This document shows positions 8,393 through 16,990 of a stretch of 24,646 bases of DNA, in pieces. The translations under genes were made by a program, and so were the position numbers. The DNA comes from a virus. Taxonomy: Duplodnaviria; Caudoviricetes. Under the pieces are notes generated by a model. That model ran no database searches. It had not been told where the DNA came from and saw only the letters and a program-made list of their open reading frames with translations. Within the stretch, counting starts at the first letter, position 1; each line of letters starts with the position of its first letter. Location: positions 1 through 24,646 of IMG/VR virus record IMGVR_UViG_3300044723_000002, one strand, 5' to 3'.

Positions 8393-11300
8393 ACATTGCA
8401 TCTTCCGCTAATTCCAGAAGCATCCTTATGTCCTCTAAGGATCGGGGATCAGGACTTCTCCCCTCGTTTAGTTTTTTGAACATAATCTGAGCGTACTGCC
8501 TATCGTCGTAAGGAACACGGGATAAGTCATCAACCGCAGTAGCGTAAGGAGATGCGAACCCATCTGTAAGAAAGTCTTGTTTAGCATCCGCTAACAAATC
8601 TTTAATGTACTTACGTGCAATCTTGTGTTGCTCACTTTTACTACCGCCCATATCTTGTGCAAGTTCTTTTGATACTTCAGCAACAAGAGGTAATATAGCA
8701 GATAGGTATTGATTTTCTGCACGTTTTTCAGAAGGTACTTTAGACCTACTACCTAGCTCATATGTAGGGTCTTCAAAACCAATCTCTAAAAGATACTCTG
8801 TTAAATCACTGTCTGCCTCTTTTATATTTAAACCAAGAAACAGTTTCTTTAGTGGATCGTATCTCTTTATATCCCCTGTGTTTATTGATACCCTATTTGG
8901 CATTTCCTCCTCATAAGAAGGGGCAGCTATACCTCTTTGAATAAGTGACCTACTAAAACCACTACCAAAAGATGTAGACCAGTCATCATTTAATGTAGGA
9001 TCGCTGGCGGCATCTACGTACACGTCACTCTTTATACCTGCAGCACGTTGTGCCTCTACACCTTGAAACAGAGGAGTAAGAAAAGTGTTTACGTACTGCC
9101 CAACGGCACCGCCAATAGCTTTAGCCCGTCTATTCTGGTCTACCATATCCTCCGTACCAACAATTATGTCACGGATTTCATCAATCATTACGTTACCTAC
9201 ACCAGTACGTGCAGATGTACCTAGCCATGTCTCAGCTATATGATCCATGTCTGCGCCATACCATGTATCAAGTGTACCTTCTTCCGCACGTCTCGCAAAC
9301 TCTGCTACCCATCCAATTTGTCGCATAGGATATACAGGCGTAAGATCAACCTGATTACCATCGTATTCCATAGATTCGTAACGCTCACCTGCATCATCAG
9401 ATTTTCTGTACTGATACATACCAGTTATTGCCGCTATACCTACAAGATTACGTGTTATATCTTGCCTGTCTCTTGCCGTAAGAACACCACGTGTATCCTT
9501 AAACATAGCTTTACGAACAGCCATGATACCCACACCACCTACGTTCTGTGCCATGTACTCCATAGAGTTAAACATGAAGCGAGGGAACGGTACAATAACG
9601 GTAAGACCGGATTTAGTAATTGTATCCGAGATTACTTTAAAAGGATAGAAGTCGGGTTGCTTTGCGTATGTAACGTCTAATGCTTTTGTAGTAGCTTCAT
9701 CCATAATATCTATAAAAGACCTACCATTCTTACCACGCAAATCAGGTGCGTCATTTATTACATCTTTGATGCGCCCTTCATCCAACGTCTTACGTAAATC
9801 AATACCCCACTCTGCGCTAGTTAATCTTTCTATTTCCGAAAAGAAAGTAGATCGACGTAACATCATCTCTTGCCAACGGTTAGGTGTATTGAGAAACGCA
9901 ACACCATCCTCAAGGGTAGAAGCCATTGCATCTAAACCCTGACCAACACGAGTAGTAGCCTGTCCTCTGCCAGTTAACTCCTGTAGTTCTGCAATGTTAC
10001 TGCTGAGACGCTCAAACTGTTGGGCCAGTTCGGGCCTATCTAAAATATAATTTGTATATTGCTCTGCAGTATTTTGATCCGCAAACATATATTTCATTTG
10101 GCGGAAAGCATTTGAATAGGTTCCATCACGAACAAATGGCATAACATTTTTAGTTGCACCAACTATACCACCTATCCTGTCTCCTTCACTTGCAGCTTTA
10201 GCATATGTAATAAGGGCAGTATCAAATACATTTCCAAGCCCTTCCATAGGAGCACGAATAACACCTGACTGGAGGTTACGTGCAGCTGTAGCAAGAGAGG
10301 ATACCATTAGACCTCTACGGATATTCTCAGTACGTAGCACGGTACTAGACCAAAACTTTGCAATACCTTTTTGTGATGCACGATTGGCAAGTTCCGCACG
10401 TCTTTCCGTCATACCTTTAGGTTTAAACCTCGACATCTGGCTAACTCTATTTAGCAGACGACCCGCTTCTGACACAGACCCTACTACACCAAGCATGTAA
10501 TCTTCGTATGACATACCGTGTTTATTTAAGATGTTGTATAGGGTATCATCAGCAAGTAAATCTTTTGTAACGGTAAGATCAAACAGCTGATCTACTAGTG
10601 GTCTGTCAGAACCAACCTTTAAAAGATCGGGATTGCTTTTACGCAAGTCTGCAACAACACCAACTAATGCGTCCAGTTTTTCGGGGTTAAGCATTGGTAT
10701 TGCCAATACATCTTCGTCATCAAAACCCAATTCATCTAATGGGTTTATGTCACCGTCAGCAATTCTACCTTCATACACACCATCTACATAGTAGTCTTTT
10801 ACTTTAGTCTTACCTGCGGCACGAACTTTAACAGGGTCAATGGTCAGGCTACCATCTTTATTCTGTCTTGAAATGTCTACATCGGTACGGTTTTGAAAGT
10901 TTATTATTAGTTCATCTTTAATGTCTGCATTAGCTTTGGCTTTTATTTTATTAGCTTTACGTATTTCCTCACCAAGCTTACTCTCATTAAGCATTGCATC
11001 TTGTACACGGTTATATTCACCGCCACTACCTACTTTTTTCCATACCTTTGTTACTCCTTTAGTAAGTAGAGCTGCTCCCGGTAAAGCAGTTGCTGCATCT
11101 AATCCTGCCCATACTACATCGGCAGCGGCTGAACCGTACTCACCGTTAGCAACATGCTCCTGTACATTAGCAAAATGCTGTGGCACTTCAGCAACTGCCG
11201 TTAAGGGATTTAACATTTCGTCTGCAAATACTATCGCATTTACTTGTGGTAAATTTAACGTACCGTTTTCTGCAGCTTCAAGTAGCTTAGAAGTAAGACC

Positions 11301-11906
11301 ACTTGTAACAAAATTATTACTTTTTAGTCTGGCAAGCAAGGCATCTTTTTGTCCTTGTGCGCCTTCTATATGAGTGAGTATGCGTTCTTTAACACGTTGA
11401 TCTGCAGACAACATCAACTGTGAATCTGGATTTTTACTCGCCATCTCTTCTTTTACAACGGATAGGGGTACTCCACGTGCATCCGCTAACCCTTGTAAAA
11501 ATTTATTTTCTTTTGCAATTTCTTTATTTGCTACTTTAAGTTGAGCATTGTAGTAGTCTTCATTTACTACCTGTTCTCTACGCATTTCAAGATTGTCATC
11601 AAATAATTTTGAAATAAGATCGTCAATTTGAGATACATCCTGTGTTACAGGAAGCGTTTCATCTTGAGGTATAATAGGTTCTTCGACTGCCGGATCAATA
11701 GATATATCAAAATTTTCTTCGTCAGTTTCTATATCATTAAACACAGGAACACCGCCCTCTTGCAAAGGCAGTGTTGATTCCGGCGGAACATAGGTAGGTT
11801 CATCATCTATGTCATTGAATAAAGTATTAGAGTCTGTTTCTGTGGGTAGAGTAGTTGTAGTATAGACTTCTTCTTCTTCAATGTCGTTAAACAAAGCATC
11901 ATTCAT
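8391..11906 (-). CDS. large putative internal virion/ejection protein, 1171 aa
   Basis: Long ORF at the distal end of the structural arm, acidic low-complexity N-terminus, helical-looking body. Size and position resemble podovirus internal core proteins; no catalytic motif recognised. Confidence 0.6.
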   Translation of the reverse strand: MNDALFNDIEEEEVYTTTTLPTETDSNTLFNDIDDEPTYVPPESTLPLQEGGVPVFNDIETDEENFDISIDPAVEEPIIPQDETLPVTQDVSQIDDLISKLFDDNLEMRREQVVNEDYYNAQLKVANKEIAKENKFLQGLADARGVPLSVVKEEMASKNPDSQLMLSADQRVKERILTHIEGAQGQKDALLARLKSNNFVTSGLTSKLLEAAENGTLNLPQVNAIVFADEMLNPLTAVAEVPQHFANVQEHVANGEYGSAAADVVWAGLDAATALPGAALLTKGVTKVWKKVGSGGEYNRVQDAMLNESKLGEEIRKANKIKAKANADIKDELIINFQNRTDVDISRQNKDGSLTIDPVKVRAAGKTKVKDYYVDGVYEGRIADGDINPLDELGFDDEDVLAIPMLNPEKLDALVGVVADLRKSNPDLLKVGSDRPLVDQLFDLTVTKDLLADDTLYNILNKHGMSYEDYMLGVVGSVSEAGRLLNRVSQMSRFKPKGMTERRAELANRASQKGIAKFWSSTVLRTENIRRGLMVSSLATAARNLQSGVIRAPMEGLGNVFDTALITYAKAASEGDRIGGIVGATKNVMPFVRDGTYSNAFRQMKYMFADQNTAEQYTNYILDRPELAQQFERLSSNIAELQELTGRGQATTRVGQGLDAMASTLEDGVAFLNTPNRWQEMMLRRSTFFSEIERLTSAEWGIDLRKTLDEGRIKDVINDAPDLRGKNGRSFIDIMDEATTKALDVTYAKQPDFYPFKVISDTITKSGLTVIVPFPRFMFNSMEYMAQNVGGVGIMAVRKAMFKDTRGVLTARDRQDITRNLVGIAAITGMYQYRKSDDAGERYESMEYDGNQVDLTPVYPMRQIGWVAEFARRAEEGTLDTWYGADMDHIAETWLGTSARTGVGNVMIDEIRDIIVGTEDMVDQNRRAKAIGGAVGQYVNTFLTPLFQGVEAQRAAGIKSDVYVDAASDPTLNDDWSTSFGSGFSRSLIQRGIAAPSYEEEMPNRVSINTGDIKRYDPLKKLFLGLNIKEADSDLTEYLLEIGFEDPTYELGSRSKVPSEKRAENQYLSAILPLVAEVSKELAQDMGGSKSEQHKIARKYIKDLLADAKQDFLTDGFASPYATAVDDLSRVPYDDRQYAQIMFKKLNEGRSPDPRSLEDIRMLLELAEDAM

Positions 11907-13121
11907 CTAGATTCTACCTGCATCAATAAAATTCTTATGTTTATCTGACGTGTACACTCCTGTATATACGTGTATCTTTGTTACAGGTATACCATCTTGT
12001 ACTTCAGTAACATAAACAATGTCACCAATCTTGTAGGCTCCTTGACTTGCACGTTGCTGTAGCACGTCCACTTGTTTACCGCTCTCATTTGTTGCGAAGC
12101 GTTCAAAGGGTTCAGTTGGATTGACTCTACGATCTGTTAATTGGGAAGTAGGTTCCATAGAGTGTTGATTACGTGCGTGTAGTTGTATTTTCTTAACGGC
12201 GTTTTGAACATTACTTTTTGTTATTTGATTTACTTGTGTACTCATAGGGTTATTGTCATCACCTGTGTTAAGGGTGCGAACATTTTTATTAGCTACAATA
12301 ACGGCTACGTTATACTCAGGTACTCGGTCCCCAATTTTTTGAGATAGCCTTCCTTCTAAGTCTACAGAAAAATCGTTAGACTCTAATGCTAATTTCATTT
12401 GAGTTTTTAGCATACTCTCTACAGTAGATTTACTAAAGGGGCTTGAACTAGCGGAGCTATCGTCCGTTTTTAAAGCTGCATCTTTTGCTTTTATCTGTGC
12501 GAGTAGCTCATTAGCTAATTCAGATTGTTTCTTTCTAATCTCTGGAGTTTTACCCTTGATAGATTTTTGAATAGCAATAGCATACGCAGCATCTAGCGTA
12601 GCCTGTTCTTCATCTGCAGGTTTCATGCTGCTAGTATAGTAATCTAAATTTAAAATACCATTTTTAGTAGGTGTAGCATTAGTCGAAGTTGCTTCCAAAT
12701 CACCTGTCTCGGCTGCCGCTGTTGCCGTACCTGCACTTGGGGCTGTAGCAATGTTTGAAATTAACTCGTCTGTTTCTGCTTCGGACATACTTTGCGAAGA
12801 AGAAAAGTTAAGTAGTGGTGCAGGAGAAAATCCTTTAGACACAAGATCACCACTCATGCGTAAGGTTTCTTGCGCTGCACCTATGCCTCTTCCCATAATT
12901 TCCGAAGCTTGTTCTGGAGTAAAGTAAAGGCTAAGTTTACTTGCAAGTTCTTCTGCAATTTTCTTTTCTTGATCTCTTTGTGCTTGTTTAGCTAGTCGCT
13001 GACGTGTAGCAATCTGACGATTTTCATCAATCAGTTTTTCTGCACGTACACGATCTTCATCTAATCTTTCCGATAACTTGCCAGCAAAGCCAGCACCAAA
13101 TCCTGCTAAGTTAAATGCCAT
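11907..13121 (-). CDS. putative internal virion protein, 404 aa
   Basis: Gly/Ala/Phe-rich N-terminus (MAFNLAGFGAGFAG) followed by a charged coiled-coil; located among candidate ejection genes. Confidence 0.5.
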   Translation of the reverse strand: MAFNLAGFGAGFAGKLSERLDEDRVRAEKLIDENRQIATRQRLAKQAQRDQEKKIAEELASKLSLYFTPEQASEIMGRGIGAAQETLRMSGDLVSKGFSPAPLLNFSSSQSMSEAETDELISNIATAPSAGTATAAAETGDLEATSTNATPTKNGILNLDYYTSSMKPADEEQATLDAAYAIAIQKSIKGKTPEIRKKQSELANELLAQIKAKDAALKTDDSSASSSPFSKSTVESMLKTQMKLALESNDFSVDLEGRLSQKIGDRVPEYNVAVIVANKNVRTLNTGDDNNPMSTQVNQITKSNVQNAVKKIQLHARNQHSMEPTSQLTDRRVNPTEPFERFATNESGKQVDVLQQRASQGAYKIGDIVYVTEVQDGIPVTKIHVYTGVYTSDKHKNFIDAGRI

Positions 13122-13633
13122 TATGATCTCCTCGCCATAAGACCACTAGGACGTGGTTCAGTTTCATCTGCATCCATAGGCATAGTTTCTTCTTCTTTTT
13201 CTTCTAGCGCCACTGGTAATTCTTTACGCATTTTCTTTAAGGCAAGTGCAATTTTAGTATCACTAACTTTGTCTTCGTCAATACGCTGTTCAATTCCAAG
13301 TTCGTAATCAATACCTGCATCATCACCTATGTATGCCAACATCTCAACAATTACTGGTGTTACAAGAATACCTACATCAATTGTGTGCATACCCTGCATA
13401 ACACCTGCAGATTGCATAGAGTCAGCCATAGTAGTTAGTGGTATACCTAACTCCATACTGTCAAGCAAGGAGTCATATATGTCATCGGAAACAAGACGGG
13501 GGATGTAAAATTCAAGTGCTTCCTCTACAGTAGTGTACTGTGGTGGATTTTGCCAAGGTCTACTACCTACCTCTGCGGTCATACCTTGACCGGGAATAGG
13601 ATAGTCAAAGGTAGATTTAGATAATTCAGCCAT
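13121..13633 (-). CDS. hypothetical phage protein, 170 aa
   Basis: PIPGQGMT...RPWQNPPQY N-terminal motif, acidic tail ending GLMARRS; overlaps both neighbours. Confidence 0.7.
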   Translation of the reverse strand: MAELSKSTFDYPIPGQGMTAEVGSRPWQNPPQYTTVEEALEFYIPRLVSDDIYDSLLDSMELGIPLTTMADSMQSAGVMQGMHTIDVGILVTPVIVEMLAYIGDDAGIDYELGIEQRIDEDKVSDTKIALALKKMRKELPVALEEKEEETMPMDADETEPRPSGLMARRS

Positions 13634-13829
13634 TGGTTATCTGCTTTCTTGCGTTACGAATATTCTTTACGTACTGTTTAACTCTGTCCAAAGGTTGATT
13701 TAACTTTGGTGTATCTTTAGGTTGAATATTACGAGACAACAAACCCGTACCCATAACAGGCTTTACTTCTTCTTTATCTTCTACTATACCAAGATTTGTA
13801 TAGGCTTTTGTTACAGGATTAGTGTTCAT
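13626..13829 (-). CDS. hypothetical protein, 67 aa
   Basis: AAGGGAAG upstream on the - strand; fills the gap and overlaps the next gene by 8 nt. Confidence 0.65.
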   Translation of the reverse strand: MNTNPVTKAYTNLGIVEDKEEVKPVMGTGLLSRNIQPKDTPKLNQPLDRVKQYVKNIRNARKQITNG

Positions 13830-13844
13830 CGTTACTTCCTCTTA

Positions 13845-15767
13845 TTAAAATAAACCACTGACAAAGTTAAGACCTTTACCCAGTAGTGTATCACCACCCA
13901 TAGGAGATGTAAACATAGTAGCTACAAGATTACCCCAACTAGCGGAAGTTTTAAAGTCTAGGTCAGCCTGTGCTGCGTCAGCTTTAGCACCTATTTCAAG
14001 TTTGGCTGCAGTTAAATCCGCAATACGTTGCCGTTCATTTTCGGCACTATTCCATGCCCACTCCATACTATCTTGGTAGTATGACCAAAGATCATTATAA
14101 GCAGTGTTAGATATACCAAGTACGGAAGCTGCATTTAATTCGTTGGCACGATTAATAGCTGCAGTATCTGCAGTTGCAATTTGTCTACGCCAGTTTGCAT
14201 TGTTCTGATCAATAACTAATCTGTTCTGTGCGTTAAACTGGTCACGCTGGTTCATCATCTCAGATGCAAACCTATCTTGAGCATTGACTTGACCTGCATT
14301 GAACTGGTTCTGTGCATTAGTTTGTGCCGCATTAAACTGTGATGCTTGTGTAGTTAAGTTAGCAAAGAACTGATCTGTTTGGTTTTGGCTTGTAGCATTA
14401 AACTGTGCAGCGGCATTAGCGGCAGCTTGATCCGTAAACAAAGACTGTACTTGTTGTTGTGATTTAAACATGCTAGTCTGTTGTTCATTGTTTAGATTAA
14501 CCATGTCCATTTGCAAGAAAGACTGAGCATTCATTACGGCAGCTTGCTGACGATTGTTTAAGTTTGCCATATCCATATTGGCTAATGCTGCAGCCTCGGA
14601 CATTACAAGAGCTTGACGGTTATTCAAATTAGAAAGGTTTACCGTGTTAGCATTCCGGCTATTCTCCAAAGCTATCTGCTGTTCTGCAGTAAAGTTCATG
14701 TTAGCAATGTCGCTAATCTTACTTGCATTCATTACACGAGATTGAAAAGCTTGGTCAAACTCCATGCCCATAAATGTAGCACGTTGTTGTGCCGCAAGCA
14801 TAGCACGTTGCTGACGGTTAGAAAGATTCTGTGACTCAAACTGTGCAAGTGTCTGTGCATCGGCTGAAGCAATTGGCAGTGCAGATTCCATAGCGGCTTG
14901 TATAATAGCCTGACCAGCCATAGAGGATGCACCAAGGCCACGGGCCGACATAGTTGCAGTAGCTGCCCTCATTGCACCTGCAGCCCATGCTGGTGTATTA
15001 CCACCCTCAAACTGTTGCATCAACCCTTCAAGTTGTCCTTGTACAGTAGCTTGTTTAGTAGGGGTAGCTTCTGCAGCTTGTAGTTCTTCAGTAAACTTAG
15101 CGGCAGTTTCAGCATTAGCTACACCACTTACCAGTTCACCCTCCTCAACCTTACGTTGTACAGGGTTTTCCATAAGAATAGCTTTGCCTTGCGCAGCTTC
15201 AAGCTCGGATACACTAGTTGAGGTAGCAGCTTGTGCATCTACTATAGCACGTGGGTCTACCGTTCCTTGTGCCGCAGCCGTTTGAGAAACTACTTCACCA
15301 ACTTTTTCGGATACCTTTTCGGCCTCCATAAGATTTGTATCTACTGCAGTAGGTGTATCGGCAGTTACAGTAGTAGCTGTAGTAGTAGGTGTAATAATAT
15401 CACCAGCTACCTGACCACTTGTAGGCGCTACAAATTGCTCTGGTGTACCTACTGTACCTACAGGTTGAACTGTAGCACCGGGCAAAAGTGTAGGGGCTAT
15501 AGCACGATTGGCTTGTAGTTCTGTAATAGAAGGAATAGTTACTGTAGTATTTTCCTCTTCATCTGTTACAGAACCACCCTCTGCATACTTTTTTACGTAA
15601 CCACCACTTGCCATTTGCATAGCTTTTTGTTGATACATATTCATAGTATTCATCTTGTCAGGGTTTTGACTTAGGTAGTCATTGAAACCATTCATATCAC
15701 CCTGATAGCCTAAAGTACCTGCAATACGCTGCAGGGCATCAGGTTTAAATCCTTTGAATTGCATCAT
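13845..15767 (-). CDS. Q/N/A-rich putative ejection (DNA pilot/conduit) protein, 640 aa
   Basis: Long amide-rich helical region with 11/22-residue periodicity; Gly-rich hydrophobic C-terminus; own promoter upstream. Confidence 0.55.
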   Translation of the reverse strand: MMQFKGFKPDALQRIAGTLGYQGDMNGFNDYLSQNPDKMNTMNMYQQKAMQMASGGYVKKYAEGGSVTDEEENTTVTIPSITELQANRAIAPTLLPGATVQPVGTVGTPEQFVAPTSGQVAGDIITPTTTATTVTADTPTAVDTNLMEAEKVSEKVGEVVSQTAAAQGTVDPRAIVDAQAATSTSVSELEAAQGKAILMENPVQRKVEEGELVSGVANAETAAKFTEELQAAEATPTKQATVQGQLEGLMQQFEGGNTPAWAAGAMRAATATMSARGLGASSMAGQAIIQAAMESALPIASADAQTLAQFESQNLSNRQQRAMLAAQQRATFMGMEFDQAFQSRVMNASKISDIANMNFTAEQQIALENSRNANTVNLSNLNNRQALVMSEAAALANMDMANLNNRQQAAVMNAQSFLQMDMVNLNNEQQTSMFKSQQQVQSLFTDQAAANAAAQFNATSQNQTDQFFANLTTQASQFNAAQTNAQNQFNAGQVNAQDRFASEMMNQRDQFNAQNRLVIDQNNANWRRQIATADTAAINRANELNAASVLGISNTAYNDLWSYYQDSMEWAWNSAENERQRIADLTAAKLEIGAKADAAQADLDFKTSASWGNLVATMFTSPMGGDTLLGKGLNFVSGLF

Positions 15768-15796
15768 TATCTTTTCCTTGTGTTGTCATAAGACAA

Positions 15797-15825
15797 AGTA
15801 TACTCAAGTAGCTTTTCACTGTCAA
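15797..15825 (-). promoter_or_regulatory. sigma70 promoter upstream of the internal-protein gene block
   Basis: On the - strand: TTGACA (15825-15820), 17 nt, TATACT (15802-15797), in the largest intergenic gap of the arm. Confidence 0.75.
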
Positions 15826-15854
15826 GTAACATATTATTACAGTATGTCTCCATA

Positions 15855-16328
15855 CTACTTTACTTCTTGTGCAAGTATGGCTGCACCCCATATTAGACCT
15901 GAACTACCTAAAGCAAATACTACAAATGCCGCTACAATTGTAAGTGCATAGAAAATCTTATCTCTCTTTGCAGCTTCAGCTTCAAGTGCATCCTTGCGTC
16001 TTTTACGGGCTTGTGCCTGTTCATGTACTACACTTTCCCACATACCGGGTGGTCCGTATAGTCTGCACACAGATCGAAGCTCATCCATAACTTCTTTGTG
16101 TTTCATCTTTGCTTGAGCAATAGCAAAGCCTTCTTCCTCTGTAGATGTAAGACGACCAAGTGGTCCTTTGTGTCTACCCTTTTCAGCAATACCAATCTCT
16201 GCCTCAAGATTAGCAAGCTTACCGAATGCTGGCATGATACTGTTTACATCTTTACCTGCCTGTATAGCACTACTGATACCACCAGCGACTGTACTTACTG
16301 CACTTGCAAGAGCTAAGACTTCAATCAC
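15855..16328 (-). CDS. hypothetical membrane protein, 157 aa
   Basis: GTG start; hydrophobic N-terminal helix, coiled-coil, and C-terminal TM segment (IFYALTIVAAFVVFALGSSGLIWGAAIL). Confidence 0.7.
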   Translation of the reverse strand: MIEVLALASAVSTVAGGISSAIQAGKDVNSIMPAFGKLANLEAEIGIAEKGRHKGPLGRLTSTEEEGFAIAQAKMKHKEVMDELRSVCRLYGPPGMWESVVHEQAQARKRRKDALEAEAAKRDKIFYALTIVAAFVVFALGSSGLIWGAAILAQEVK

Positions 16329-16340
16329 TGTACTACAATC

Positions 16341-16688
16341 CTACTTTAAGACTTTGTTATGATCACGATTAATGTACTTTAACTCATTCTCAATTAAGGA
16401 TATACGTTGTTGGATGGCAGTCATTTGGTTTATTGTACTGGCAAGGTTAGCAACCTCTTCCCACAACTCCTCTACCTCTGTCCAAACGTACTCCAATTCT
16501 ATCTGAGTATCCTGCACATCACGCTTGAGGTTTATGTTGTCTTCAATTGCCATACGAGAACCAAGCTGGCTCACTGTTTCTTCAAGACTAGCAATGGTAG
16601 CTGCCTGTTGAGATACCCACCAGACACCACCTGCAAGTTGTGCCGCCATTGCCATGACAAGAGCTATAGGTAACTTTAGGTTTTCCAT
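16341..16688 (-). CDS. N-terminal TM + coiled-coil protein, 115 aa
   Basis: LPIALVMAMAAQLAGGVWWVS hydrophobic segment, then heptad-like region; TAATG-coupled to the upstream gene. Confidence 0.7.
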   Translation of the reverse strand: MENLKLPIALVMAMAAQLAGGVWWVSQQAATIASLEETVSQLGSRMAIEDNINLKRDVQDTQIELEYVWTEVEELWEEVANLASTINQMTAIQQRISLIENELKYINRDHNKVLK

Positions 16689-16981
16689 TACCTGCCGTTC
16701 TCCTTGTTGGCTCTTTCTGCCATATCTTCTACAAGATTACGAATAGCTTTTATGTTCTCATCAATACGACCAAGTGATACAGCCTGTGATTGCACAGTCT
16801 TCTCTAGTGTATTAATACGAGTCTCTTGCCGTAGCAAATCACGTGCGTTACTCTTAACAGAAGCGTCGAGAGTTGACACATACCATACCAATGCCATTGT
16901 TTGTAAGGCAATACCTACAATAAAGGTAATAGGTACTGACTTAGATAGGTGCCAACTCTCTTGCTTCATTATTTTGTTCAT
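16688..16981 (-). CDS. N-terminal TM + coiled-coil protein, 97 aa
   Basis: VPITFIVGIALQTMALVWYVS hydrophobic segment, then coiled-coil (RINTLE...LGRIDENIKAIR). Confidence 0.7.
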   Translation of the reverse strand: MNKIMKQESWHLSKSVPITFIVGIALQTMALVWYVSTLDASVKSNARDLLRQETRINTLEKTVQSQAVSLGRIDENIKAIRNLVEDMAERANKENGR

Positions 16982-16990
16982 TAGTTCTTC

